64,000 bases of DNA, taken from the NCBI GenBank assembly GCA_964234715.1, contig OZ174283.1. One strand, written 5' to 3'. Origin of the DNA: Podarcis melisellensis (taxonomy: Eukaryota). Shown in pieces: positions 25,063 through 37,850 of the stretch (positions are counted from its first letter, which is position 1; each line of letters opens with the position of its first letter). The translations under genes were made by a program, and so were the position numbers. The notes under the pieces were generated by a model, which worked only from the letters and a program-made list of their open reading frames with translations, ran no database searches and was not told the DNA's origin.

Positions 25063-25448
25063 CCTGATGATGATGATGATGATGATGATGATGACAACAC
25101 CACCACCACCACCAACAACAATTTATTTCTACCCCACCCATCTGGCTGGGTTTCCCCAGCCACTCTGGGCAGCTTCCAACAAAATATTAAAATACAACAA
25201 TTCATCAAATATTAGAAGCTTCCCTAAACAGGGCTGCCTTCAGATGTCTTCTAAGAGTCAGATAGTTGTTTATTTCTTTGACCTCTGATGGGAGGGCATT
25301 CCACAGGATGGGTGCCACCACTGAGAAGGCCCCTCTGCCTGGTTCCCTGTAACTTCACTTCTTGCAGTGAGGGATCAGAACCTCAGTGAACTTCAGTGTC
25401 TGGACAGAACGATGGGGGTGGAGACGCTCCTTCAGGTATACTGGGCCG
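25063..25448 (-). mobile_element. L2 LINE 3' end with compound microsatellite tail
   Basis: atttatttctaccccacccatctggctggg...gggagggcattccacagg..gggtgccaccactgagaaggccc is the lizard L2 3' end; (GAT)n(CAC)n(CAA)n tail at 25065-25120. Confidence 0.85.
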
Positions 25449-25851
25449 GCCTGCCCATCCTGTGCTCCCAAGGCCAGACCAGAATGTTTTGCCACTTCTG
25501 GCAAAACAGAACATGCACCCTCCACCTCCTCCACAGACCCTACCCATGTTCAAAGCAGTAGGGGAGTAAAAGGAGGCTAGAGAAAAGTGAGCAGCTACAG
25601 GCAGGTGGCAATGGGCATGGAGGAGGCAGGGGGTGGTAGTAGGCATACATGGAGTGATGAGACAAAGGAAACTGACACACTTTTCAGAGTTTGGGTCTGC
25701 TGCCTCAGGAGACTGCTTCACCTCATCTCATGGGTAGGCCATTTTATCTTCCCATTGTGCCACAGAATTACACTATAGAGAACATTATAATAATTTAAAT
25801 GGCAGCTCCTGGATCCAGTAGTTTGGTTCCATTCCTAAGATAGGTGAAGCT

Positions 25852-25864
25852 CCACCAGAGGGCA
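25852..25864 (+). promoter_or_regulatory. Candidate CTCF core motif
   Basis: CCACCAGAGGGCA fits CCASYAGRKGGCR without mismatch; outside recognised repeats. Confidence 0.35.
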
Positions 25865-27487
25865 TTTTGTTCTGACCTGCCTCAAATCTAGGCCCCATTT
25901 GCATTTACATGATACATACTACTGATGTTTTTGCAGCTTCTGCCTGCACTGCAATACTGACAACTGAGAGAGCTGCACTACGTACTTAATTACTTTCAGT
26001 AATCTGAAATTAGTTAGATCAAAGTATTTTTCTGAATCCAGTTGTGAATAGGATTTTCTTCTGCTGCCAAAAAACCACATGGTGGGGTTGTTAATTGTTT
26101 TATAATTGTCAGCTACCGGTCATGAACAGACAAAAATAGAAGATACGTTATGTGCTGTTATCCACAGTGAATGGAAGTTTGGATCCCTTGTGAGGGTACT
26201 AGGATGACAGTGCATCCAGTGTCTACTAGGATTCACAAATAAGTTAAGATGGGGCATTCAAATTTAAGTCAGATTTGTTCTATTATATACAGTAGTAAGC
26301 TCACAACCAATGCAAAGGTTACGTTCCAAGGATCACACCTGAAGCCAAAATCGTGTATAGTAAAAGCACTGGGTTCAATGGTGTGTGGGATTGTCAAAGT
26401 CTTTTTTCCTGGACACCCCTTTCCACCCCCTTATATATTTTTTTAAAAAACTGCCAGGCGCTTAAAGCTGAATGTGCACCAGTTAAATGTGTATGTGTTG
26501 TATCTTATTGTACCCAGGGGGTTTCTAAATCAAAATTTGAAATTAAGATTTGTGGTCCCATGTGTTGTATACAACACATTAGGACTGCAGTCTTAAGCAT
26601 TTTTTCAAATACCAAGCCCTATATAATTTATTGAGATATCATTCTTACAAAGCATGCTTTGAACATGCAATACACCAATCTGCACACTGATACATAGAGA
26701 AAGGACACTGAAATATGTTTTCTGAAACTTTAGTGCATCACTACATTGGGGACTAAGGGGCAAAAAAACAAACTAAAACAAACTACTCATTCTGGATTCT
26801 GTGCTGCAGATTGTTTGTATAGATTTCTGAATGGCCCTTGACCCATTGGAACAATAACAAATGTCTGAATCCATTCATTGATATTGTTAACATGGCAAAG
26901 GTCTGTAATGGCTGGACATTGGAGACTCACTTGTGATAGATAGAGGGAGAGTAAGAAATAACAAGAATGAAGTACACAGGAGGATATTCTTCAAACAAAA
27001 CAATTCAAGAAAAAGGAAGGGGAAAAGCTGACTACTGGGTTAAAAAAAAAAAAACCAATCCCATTGCTAGAGACTTTTAAATAACATGCTGTATAATTTA
27101 TTACCAAGGGTGATAGTGTGCCTTAGGCAAAGTCCTCTGGAAGAAGTGGGGGATATATTGCTGCACTCAAAGAATAATCCTGGAGACAGCCTTCTGAAGT
27201 GCAATTCCTCCTCTTAATCCACTTTCATCTCTTGGAAGAGAATAGAAATGTGCAGACATGTTATTCTGAGCTCTCCTAGAGAGGCCAGCAAGCTGAGGAG
27301 CAAGAGGATTATAACCAGGACCTTTAAAATGTTTGCACATATACCCACTAAACTAAGTGCATACACAGTAAGAATGTACACCAACCACAAAAGTTGACTC
27401 AGATACTGATTTGGTGCTTCAAGAAACAGGACTGCCTCAATCTATGGTGCTTTATAGTCTGCTCAATTCAGCATGAGGTCCAACTGA

Positions 27488-27575
27488 ATCTCTCTCTCTC
27501 TCTCCCCCTCCCTCCCACTCTCTCTCTCTCTGTCTCTCTCTGTCTCTCTCCTCTCCTCTCCTCTCCCCTTCCCCC
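27488..27575. repeat. CT-rich simple repeat
   Basis: direct reading. Confidence 0.85.
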
Positions 27576-29123
27576 ATTCACTACTGAGAAATATATATAT
27601 ATATTAAGCAATACTCCCCCCCCTTGACAGAAGTGGCTAAAATTTGTAGGCATACTAATCCCTCCAATTTGGATAAAACCAAAGTGGATATAGGCAATCA
27701 TTACAATTTAGGGGTCCATTCATTCTTCCCATTTACAATTGGGAAATAAATAAAATGGCTATAACTCTTCCCTCCCCCTTGACAGAATTGGAAGAAATTT
27801 GCATGCCATCCAGAGAAGATAAAGCCTTCCCGAATGACAGCCAAATTGGCAAAAATGGAATTGGGGAACAAGCACAGGGGAAGGGGGTATTCCTGCACCA
27901 TCCTATCTGGTTTGGTTCTCATTGTTGAAGAGGACTAAAAGCAGAAAGAAAGTGAACAGAAGAACTTCATAGCCATTCAACACCTCTGGTCTGACGTCTA
28001 GGAAAACAACTTACTCTATGATCTAAAACCCTTCATGCATTTACTAGAGCTGAGCATGTTTATTCTATGAAGCTGCAGTTTATCCCACAGCTTTTCTGCT
28101 TTCAAATTTAATCTATAGCCATTATTTTGGCAACTGTTCAGTTCAGGGAAATAAGAGTTGGCTACCTACATCCCACCCACTATATATTAATTTAGAATTA
28201 ATCGTCTTTAATTCCCTCCCCCCATGTGAGTACCAGTAATGTCACAAATTACAAGATGATTTGGATTCAAAGTATTTGGTGGACAGCATTTAGTTTAATT
28301 TGACAGTTTATTCATCACAATCTATATATGATCTGTTTGTTCTAAAGATTCCCTAGGGACCATTTCTTTTTGGCAGTCAGTGGATAGCTTTGCCCTTTAA
28401 TCTGAGCTCCCTGGTAATAGTAAAGAACACATATAACTGATTTCCAAAGGTTGCTTCCTGACCTACAATTTTACGTTTTCTTGAGTATTTAACAGCTTCA
28501 GCTGATTCTGAGGGAGAGAGCCAGATGGGACTTTCATGCTGAAGTATTAAACAGGCAATTTCTTCTAGGTTTTCTAGCTTCATACAGAAGTACCTTTTAC
28601 TTAAAAAAATTAAGAGGATTCCACTGTATATCTGAAAAGTATCCTTCTTTGCAGCATTTAATAGGATTATACTATTGATTCCATCTTTACAATGCTAGCT
28701 AGTAGTTGGTACTTGTGAACTGTAGACTATTATGTGGCTGAACACAAGGGAAGAAGGATTAGCCTGTGAAAGAATAAGAAGCTTTTCCTTAAACTCCCTT
28801 GAACCAAGCCTACATACCTACTAACTTGATAGCCTCTCTCAGTTAGTAAATGCCAACATTTCCCTTAAAAAAAGTCTGTTGGTATTGTGTTGACACACTT
28901 TAAAACTTAAGTATGTTCTTCAGAGAGCTATTTTAGAATCATGTGCACTTGAAGTGGGAAGCAATTGCAATGATGCTTGCTGAGTGGCATAAATTGCTGG
29001 AAAATACATTGCTTTAATTTATCACAACTGTCCACTGAAAGGAGAATCTCCACATAAAGGGAATAAATGATGGCTCAGGGTGGAAACATAAATTACACGA
29101 TTATATGAGAAGAGAGAAAGTAC

Positions 29124-29200
29124 GGTGGTATCTTTGCAAGTCGCTCATACTGGGTTTGAGCTTTCGTAGGCAATAGCTGACTTTGTCAGATGCATGAAAC
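29124..29200 (-). mobile_element. Old Penelope-like terminal fragment with decayed hammerhead motif
   Basis: Minus strand GCAT-CTGACAA-A-GTCAGC-TATT-GCCTAC-GAAA-GC-TC; same architecture as 37759-37794. Confidence 0.55.
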
Positions 29201-29379
29201 AGATTCCAAAGAGCTATAATGAATGATGCTCATGTTTTTATGGTTGCAGTGGAGGAGAAAGGGTGTTAAGCAGGTAATGAAAAATAACAAGGAAATGGAT
29301 ACAGTGTGGGTGAATATTAGTGACAATGTTCAAATGGCTATTTATTTAATACCCTTTAATCCTTACCTTTGTCTTTCTG

Positions 29380-29515
29380 ACTCTCTTGCCCCATTTTATT
29401 TGCGCATCAGTCGTACAAGGCCAAGAGATGATGGTTGGCTCAAGGTCGCTAGGTAAGCTTCTTGGAAGGACTGGGAATTGGGCTCGGCTCTTCCTATTCC
29501 TAGGCTAACTCTATC
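29380..29515 (-). mobile_element. MIR/CORE SINE fragment, decayed
   Basis: ccattttat...tggctcaaggtcgctaggtaagctt...gggaattgggctcggctcttcctattcctag. Confidence 0.45.
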
Positions 29516-29644
29516 TGCTTATGGCAGATAGCAACTTAGTGCTATGGAGCTTACTCCCAGGTTACTATGCACTGAATTGCACTTATGTCACAAGGCTGGT
29601 AGGGGATATGAACCCAGGTCTCTCCAGCCAAACTAAACACCAGT

Positions 29645-29772
29645 TCCAGGGAACCTGTTGTTCTCTATATGATACTAATCTCCAACTTCTGTCAACCCTG
29701 GTTAGCATGGCTGATGATCAGGGATGATGGGGGTCCAATAAGATCTGAAGAGACACAGATATCCATCCCCAT
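29645..29772. mobile_element. Short hAT-like MITE, decayed
   Basis: gggaacctgt...agcatggctgatgatcagggatgatggg...catcccc; family of 13635-13725. Confidence 0.45.
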
Positions 29773-30261
29773 TTAAACAAGCTGACCACAGAATAAATTG
29801 TTGGCAGCTCATTATTCTATATCTATCAACCTATCCTAATAATTGGATATTATTTTATGTATGTGTAGGTTGAGTGGTGTGTTTTGGTGGGGGTAGAATC
29901 TGTGTGGGCATTGAGTGAGTAAAATCCTATTTTATGAATTTTGATGTTTCATCAGTTTTATTGTTTTGTGTGTATTGTATTATTATATTTTGTTTATTCA
30001 GGGAGAGAGGAGTAAACACCTGCACTTTGAAATATATGTATACCTGATAATGTTTCATATTATAACCATAGCTGTAATAGTTCACATATCTGTATAATTA
30101 AAAATATGTTCCCATGTGGATCCTGTGAGATTTATACTGGTAATTACTGTTACACTCATGGGAATCATGTCTGCAAATGCTTCCTTCCTAGCTGATAAAT
30201 GGATGAGAAACTAGTTTCCCCTGGCAAAAAACAATGGTTTCCACTTAATGACCTTTTTCAT

Positions 30262-30893
30262 ATAGAATCATAGAATTGGAGAGTTGGAAAGGATCCCGAG
30301 GATCATCTAGTCCAACACATGGCAATGCAGGATTTTCAACTAAAGCATCCATGGCAGATGGCCATCCAGCCTCCATGTAAAAACCTCCAATGAAGGAGAG
30401 TCCACCACCTCCCAAGGGAGTCTGTTCTACTGTCAAACAGCTCTTGCTGTCAGAAAGTCCTTCCTCACATTTTGTTGGAATCTCCTTTTCAAGCCATCGG
30501 TTCGGGTCACCCCCCCCCCCCGGCAGGAGAAAACAAGCTTGCTTCATTCTCCATGTGAAAGTCCTTTAGATATTTGAAGATCAAAGCTCCTCTCAGTCTC
30601 TTTTCCAGGCTAAATCATTTCTCATAAGGCTTGGTTTCCAGACCCTTGATAATCTTGGTTGCCTTCCTCTGCACACATTCCAGCTTGTCAATATTCTTCT
30701 TAAATTGTGGTGCCTAGAAATAAAAGCTGTTCTCCAGATGTGGTCTGACCAAAGCAGACTAGAGTGGGACTGTTACTTCCCTTGATCTGGACACTATACG
30801 TCTGTTGATGCTGCCTAGAAAAGCATTAGCTTTTTATGATGCTACTTCACCCTGTTGACTCATGTTAAGCTTATGTCTACTATGACCCCTAGA
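30262..30893 (-). mobile_element. CR1 LINE 3' fragment (~630 bp)
   Basis: Begins atagaatcatagaattggagagttggaaagg (reverse complement of CR1 tail); continues through ORF2 C-terminal sequence homologous to 2541-2924. Confidence 0.9.
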
Positions 30894-31030
30894 TTGGTCC
30901 ATCTTGTTCAGTATTGTCTACACTGAGTGTTGAATGCAAGGATCACCTACCCCTACCGGGAGATGCTGTAGCTTGAACCTGGGGCCTTCTGCATGGAAAG
31001 CAGATACTCTACCAGTGAGTTATGGCCCTT
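30894..31030 (-). mobile_element. tRNA-derived SINE (Squam2-like), abutting the CR1
   Basis: ttggtccatcttgttcagtattgtctacactga...ttgaacctggggccttctgcatggaaagcagatactctaccagtgagttatggccc. Confidence 0.7.
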
Positions 31031-32077
31031 TCCCAATATATGAGTTCACTGCCTGCTATAAAACATCTATTGCAACAAAGAGCCTGGGTATGAAGAGACT
31101 TCATATAGTCTATCTTTCCTACCCTCTTGTATGATTCTGGAAGTGCACATTAATCTATAAGCAGTGTTATTTCTTGAGGTTTTTTATTTTTTTAAAAAAA
31201 GCAGTCAGAAGATTTATAGCTGAAACAATAGCCGTAGAGGTTCAGCCCCATTGTATTTATTGACGATATTGTTCAGCTCATGGCATCCTTTGATTAACTA
31301 CCATCAAAAGCATATTTTCTAACAAGACCTCTGTCACCGTTTTCTTTGTCACTGTATTTCATAAAGTTATACTGGGCCTTTAGGGAGGGCGAGTGCCAAA
31401 ACATTCACTTAACAACAGGTGTGTGGACAAGTATTAAATGTGATGACTAATTGGCTGCCACTGGGGATTTATTTCTAAATCTCTTGACTTCTGCCCTTCT
31501 TCGTGTAATGATGAATGATGCTTTCCCTTTACCTACCTGTTTGCTACTGAATGGGAGCTTTACGGCAGCATATCATAGAAATCACAAAGTGTCAGCCAAG
31601 TTGAAGAAAGAGAAAAGACTAGAGATTCAATTCTACCTTATAAAATTCGCCTGCTATTACCTTGGATGATGGTCAACCTTTCCAAACCCTAGTAACAACC
31701 TCTACCTAGGCAACTATGAGATTTGATTTTAATTTTCTTTTGAAATGTATATATTCTTCATTCTCCAATTTGTGTTCCCTCTGTTTTTCAAGGGACATCG
31801 ACCTAGCATATATACCGCTTCAACATTTCTGAGGTAATCATTGTAGTTTTTGGGGTACAAGCAGAAATCCCTAACAAAATCCATAACATCCACACCAAAC
31901 AAGTTCCAGGATTTTTCTTTAAGAAAAGTGATGCTGATTAAACAACAATAGAATTTTAATAGTATTGACATTCTTTCATTTTCTTTTCAGCTGCATTCAC
32001 ATGGGAGTTCATTCCATATTCATAATAATTCCTTGTCAATTTGCACATTATGGTTGAGCTTTACATGATGTTAAAGC

Positions 32078-32227
32078 CAGTGGTTTTTTTTTCTAAAAAA
32101 AATGTTTAGGGGTACTCTCATTTTCCCACTCATATTGAAATACTGCCCCTCAATGAGGCCCAACTTACATTTTAAAAATGTTAAGGGATACACATAACCC
32201 TGCGTCCCCCCAGAAAAAAAAGCACTG
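32078..32227. mobile_element. hAT MITE (150 bp)
   Basis: TIRs CAGTGGTTTTTTTTTCT / AGAAAAAAAAGCACTG; 8-bp TSD GTTAAAGC / GTTACAGC (1 mismatch). Confidence 0.8.
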
Positions 32228-32726
32228 GTTACAGCCACTTCCAGAACTACAGTGGAATATAGTGCAAGTTTAGCACTCATTTCCATGTTATTTGTGAATG
32301 GATTTTTTTCTGGAATCAAGTAGCACAGAAGTGAGCACTAAACATGTGATATAATCTGCTACATTTCTGTGTGAAAGCTCAAAGAAAATGTAGAAATTAA
32401 CAGCTAGGAGGATGTCAGGGAAATAGAATAAACTGCCTTGTGAATGGTGTCGCTGTCTCATTCCAGCATCCTATTCTGTCTTTCCGCTCATCCCCCCCCC
32501 CAAAAAAAAAAATTGTTTATCATAATCACTATCATTCTTCTTGGATAGGATGTCACAATTTTCATCAGACAAATGTTGGAGGGTCTCTTATCCTAGTATT
32601 AATGTCAGGGCAATAAGATGCATATTTACTCAGATTTAGAAGCAAGTTCCAATTAAGCTTACTGCCTAGTAAGTGCCTTCAGGGTTGCCATATTAGTGTG
32701 GGGGGTTTTGTGGGGGGAAGAGTGGC

Positions 32727-32728
<2 letters not shown>

Positions 32729-32770
<42 letters not shown>
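32729..32770. repeat. (CT)n microsatellite
   Basis: direct reading. Confidence 0.95.
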
Positions 32771-32774
<4 letters not shown>

Positions 32775-34707
32775 CACACCCACACCACATGTGGCTCCCA
32801 GTGACAATTAATTGAAACTTGTGAGCTTCTGTAGCCACTGCATCCCTTCAGCCTACCTAATTGTATGCAACTTTTGTTCTCCTGATTTTTTAATGAAGCT
32901 ATTTCAGCTGTCACACTGATTAATCGATTACCACATTCAGGCCTAAAGTAAACAGATTACAGGAAGCAAATAGAGTCTCATTCCTCCTTTTCTAGTCACG
33001 CTACCTTACAAATGTCTGAATTCACCAGGGGAAAGCAAACCATTTAACAAGAATTTTCAAATTAAAAATGAATTCTCCCTGAGAGCACTTTATCTTTCTC
33101 CTCACTGGCACGGCCAAATCCCCCCGGAGTAGGGGAGAAAGGAAAAAAGGCCCTTTTGCCTTTTCAAAGAGCCCAGGAATTCGTATCTTAAAAATGACAC
33201 TGCACAAAGAAATGGGGTTAAGAGATGAGCAGTGAAAATCAGTAGAGGCCAAGAGAGACTCCAATGTGAGCAAACAGTGAAGAGATTGAGAATGTTTATA
33301 GTTTAAAGAGGAGAAGAAGAAGGGGAGGAAGGGAAAGAGGGGTCGGCATAGAGAAATGAAACATAATGAATCAAATATAGAAGGTAAATTGAGTGCTCCT
33401 GTTTACCTTATCTCTTAATAGGAGCACATGAAATAATTCAGAGGAACTGAAAGGCAGTAAATCTGGAAAGTAATAAAAAAGAATCATTTTTTAAAAATAG
33501 CATTACATATAATTATGCTCAAGTGCCAACTACCAAGAAATACCAAGGCCTGGAAGATTGTAGAAATGATTAGCTCTTTAAAATGAATAAAAAGGAGAAA
33601 GAATGAGCAATGAGGACAGGAATTTCTATGCTTCCAGAGAAGGGTCAAAGAGGATTTAAGCAGGTGGCAGGATCCTGAGATGAAAATGAAATGTGCCCCT
33701 TTAGATGACAGGTGAGGGGTATCACATTTTTGAAACTGATACCTCCAGCCTACCAATCCAGTTTAATCTAAGAAGTCCCTGGCAAGTAGAAAAGAAGTGG
33801 CATAAATCTGAAATGGTGTGGTTCAAACTCACTCCTCTGTCACATGTGTTTTTGCTTCTCTGCCTTTCCTCTCTTTTTGCTAGGGTGGCTGCTTATGCAT
33901 TGCCCTCAAAGGAGGAAACACCACTCTTTCTTTTTGTTCTTCTGTACGTGGCAGACATTTGTGTTAAGCCACATGCCCCACAGCAGCCATTTTGTGACTA
34001 GCACATCCAGGAGTTTCCCAAAGTTCCAAATGTTCCCAATGTCCCCAAAAGTTTCATAACTTCTGTGATCAAGGTTTTGCCTACTTTTAAAAATTCTGCA
34101 CTTTTAAAAATTCTACTTTTAAAAATTCTGTATTTGCTAGTCATGAAGAAGGGGAATGTGTCTTTGCATGAACACATGGGAAAGAAATGATTCAGCTCGT
34201 TTGAGCCTTGTTTCCAACCACTAAAATCCTTATTGAGGCACCCTCCTCCACTGTTCCTCATGAACAGGCTTTCCCTAAACAACATAACCCACAATTCTGT
34301 TGCAGACCTCTCTTTCCTATTTTAACTACAACACATGGAGGGAGGGGGCAGAGCGAGTAGGATTTGTTTTGTTGGCTTGAGTTGAGTCATGTGTAATTGC
34401 ATGAATTGTATATGCACGAAGCTACCTCTGCATGTCGAGCCAGGTAAAACAATTTAGCAACATTCTGCAATTATGTTCCACCCTCTCTAAAAGTAAAGTG
34501 AATGCTGAGTATATGTTTTGTTTTGGTTGATTTAAAATTTCTCAGCAGTTCCAGTGAATGCATTGTGACAATATGAAGTGGAAAACTGGTGTGGGAGAGG
34601 GCATCATTGATGCAAAGGAGAAAGAAGGTATGGTTTTTTTTAATTATGCCGAGGGGATATATTTTTTTTTACTTGCACAAGGAAAACCATTTTCAGACAG
34701 AGTCAAA

Positions 34708-34731
34708 CTTTCTTTCTTTCTCTCTCTCTCG

Positions 34732-34786
<55 letters not shown>

Positions 34787-34788
34787 TC
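34708..34788. repeat. (TTTC)n microsatellite
   Basis: direct reading. Confidence 0.95.
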
Positions 34789-35367
34789 ACAAGGTCCAGT
34801 ACATATTGAATGAACAGCGTATGTGATGTTTATTGCAGAAACTTTGTAGGGTGGCATGTAGTAGCTGTAGCTCTTTGCCATAGAAGCCCCTGATAAATGG
34901 ATACAATCAACTGACTTTGCTGTGACAAGGAAGGAGTCATCCTGATCTGAATGGAATGTGTTTTCAGGAAAGCACCAGAGAGGGAAAGAGGTCAATTCTG
35001 TAGAGGTGGGTTTTTTGTGTTTTTTTTTTACACAGGATCAGACCCTGAGATGCTCTAATCTTGTTTGACTCTGGAGTCTGAATTCATTCTATAAAAATGT
35101 AGCAGGCATTTTTGGCAAAGAACTCACACTCAATCAGGAAGCATCCGATTTCCTGGTACATAGTGGCTTGGAAACTCATTATTTGGGCAGCTGGACAATG
35201 TGCAGTTCCCAGCTGTTCCTTGTGTAAAAAGTGACTGATAAAAGCCTCAGTGGGGTTAATAATACAAAATGTCCACTCCCAAGTATTAATATGTTCATAA
35301 ATTGTAAATTACTCTTTGGGATGAGGAAGAATTGATCAGGATTGCTCAGTTATGCAAGAACCCCATG

Positions 35368-37365
35368 ATGTTGTTGTTGTTGTTTAGTCGTGTCCGACTC
35401 TTCATGACCCCATGGACCAGAGAACGCCAGGCACTCCTGTCTTCCACTGCCTCCCGCAATTTGGTCAAACTCATGATGGTAGCTTCGAGAACACTGTCCA
35501 ACCATTTTGTCCTCTGTCGTCCCCTTCTCCCTGTGCCCTCCATCTTTCCCAACATCAGGGTCTTTTCCAGGGAGTCTTCTCTTCTCATGAGGTGGCCAAA
35601 GTATTGGAGCCTCAGCTTCACTGTCCTTCCAGTGAGCATTCAGGGCTGATTTCCTTCAGAATGGATAGGTTTGATCTTCTTGCAGTCCATGGGACTCTCA
35701 AGAGTCTCCTCCAGCACCATAATTCAAAAGCATCAATTCTTTGGCGATTGGCCTTCTTTATGGCCCAGCTCTCACTTCCATACATCACTACTGGGAAAAC
35801 CATTGCTTTAACTATACGGACCTTTGTTGGTAAGGTAAGGTGATGTCTCTGCTTTTTAAGATGCTTTCTAGGTTTGTCATTGCTTTTCTCCCAAGAAGCA
35901 GGTGTCTTTTAATTTTGTGACTGCTGTCACCATCTGCCGTGATCATGGAGCCCAAGAAAGTAAAATCTCTCACTGCCTCTATTTTTTCCCCTTCTATCTG
36001 CCAGGAGATGATGGGTCCAGTGGCCACGATCTTCGTTTTTTCGATGTTGAGCTTCAGACCATATTTTGCGCTCTCCTCTTTCACCCTCATTAAAAGGTTC
36101 TTTAATTCTTCCTCACTTTCTGCCATCAAGGTTGTGTCATCTGCGTATCTGAGGTTGTTGATATTTCTTTCGGCAGTCTTAATTCCGGTTTGGGATTCAT
36201 CCAGTCCAGCCTTTCGCATGATGAATTCTGCATATAATTTAAATAAGCAGGGAGACAATATACAGCCTTGTCGTACTCCTTTCCCAATTTTGCACCAATC
36301 GGTTTTTCCTGATCCAGTTCTAACTGTAGCTTCTTGTCCCACATAGAGATTTCTCAGGAGACAGATGAGGTGATCAGGCACTCCCATTTCTTTAAGAACT
36401 TGCCATAGTTTGTTGTGGTCAACACAGTCAAAGGCTTTTGCATATTCAATGAAGCAGAAGTAGATGTCTTTCTGGAACTCTCTAGCTTTCTCCATAATCC
36501 AGTGCATGTTTGCAATTTGGTTTCTGGTTCCTCTGCCCCCTCAAAATCCAGCTTGCACTTCTGAGAGTTCTCGGTCCACATACTGCTTAAGCCTTCCTTG
36601 TAGAATTTTAAGCATAACCTTGCTAGTGTGTGAAATGAGTGCAATTGTGCAGTAGTTGGAGCATTCTTTGGCACTGCCCTTCTTTGGGATTGGGATGTAG
36701 ACTGTTTTTCTCCAATCCTCTGACCACTGCTGAGTTTTCCAAATTTGTTGGAATATTGAGTGTAGGACCTTAACAGCATCATATTTTAAAATTTTAAATA
36801 GTTTACCTGGAATATCATCAGTTCCACTGGCCTTGTTATTAGCAGTGCTTTCTAAGGCCCATTTGACTTCACTCTCCAGGATGTCTGGCTCAAGGTCAGC
36901 AACCACACTACCTGGGGTGTATGAGACATCCATTTCTTTCTGGTATAATTCCTCTGTGTATTCTTGCCACCTTTTCTTGATGTCTTCTGCTTCTGTTAGG
37001 TCCTTTCCACTTTTGTCCTTTATTCTGGTAATCTTTGTATGAAATGTTCCTTTCATATCTCCAATTTTCTTGAACAGATCTCTGGTTTTTCCCATTCTAT
37101 TGTTTCCCTCTATTTCTTTGCATTGCTCATTTAAGAAGAAGGCCTTCTTGTCTCTCCTTGCTATTTTTTGGAAATCTGCATTCAGCTTCCTGTATCTTTC
37201 ACTATCTCCCTCGCATTTTGCTTGCCTTCTGTCCCCTACTATTTGTAAGGCCTCATTGGACAGCCACTTAGCTTTCTTGCATTTCCTTTTCTTTGCGATG
37301 GTTTCCGTTGCTGCCTCCTATATAATGTTACAAGCCTCCATCCATAGTTCTTCAGGCACTATGTC
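35368..37365 (-). mobile_element. BovB (RTE clade) LINE, 5'-truncated ~2 kb, RT pseudogene
   Basis: ORFs 36541-37095, 35812-36507, 35618-35803, 35346-35639 give BovB RT: KAFDCVDH, GVRQGCILSP, LRYADDTTL, RIDAFELWCWRR, LQYFGHLMRR; stop at 36541-36543, frameshifts near 35830 and 35622; (CAA)n tail at 35368-35385. Confidence 0.97.
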
Positions 37366-37634
37366 TCCATTCAAATATTAAAACCAAGTCTATTTCTGGT
37401 GGCCCTCCTTAACTGGGCTTACATTAGGCTCACACTTCACCCATCAGCTACCTTCCCCAAATATAACAAAAAGGCTTTTTGGGGAGAAGGAAACAGCAGG
37501 CAGAAGAAGAGTATCTGAAGCCTGGAAGACATCTAGTTGGTGGCAAGTAATGAAAGAACATTACTTTTCATACAGGGACTATGAGATGGGCTACCGGCAC
37601 CATAATTCCACAGCAGGAAATAAGTTGTACACCA

Positions 37635-37850
37635 GTTACAGATAGGTAGCCGTGTTGGTCTGCCATAGTCAAAACAAAAAAAATTCCTTCCATTAGCACC
37701 TTAAAGACCAACTAAGTTAGTTCTTGGTATGAGCTTTCGTGTGCATGCACACTTCTTTTATCTGAAGAAGTGTGCATGCACACGAAAGCTCATACCAAGA
37801 ACTAACTTAGTTGGTCTTTAAGGTGCTACTGGAAGGATTTTTTTTTGTTT
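37635..37850. mobile_element. Penelope-like element derivative: inverted terminal-repeat palindrome
   Basis: ~87-bp inverted arms 37671-37757 / 37765-37851 (2 mismatches); perfect 14-bp TSD TAAGTTGTACACCA at 37621-37634 and 37851-37864; PLE-type terminal motifs gtagccgtgttggtctg and gcaccttaaagacc. Confidence 0.85.
37759..37794 (+). ncRNA. Minimal type I hammerhead ribozyme motif (PLE-associated)
   Basis: UAU-CUGAAGA-A-[GUGUG CAUG CACAC]-GAAA-GC-UC^AUA: conserved core, 5-bp stem II, palindromic AGCU minimal stem III, 3-bp stem I; predicted cleavage after C37791. Confidence 0.65.

Noticed and set aside
31991-32052. Strong splice acceptor at 31990
   Set aside because: No good donor and no recognisable peptide; such pyrimidine tracts are common here (also ~18934, ~50960).
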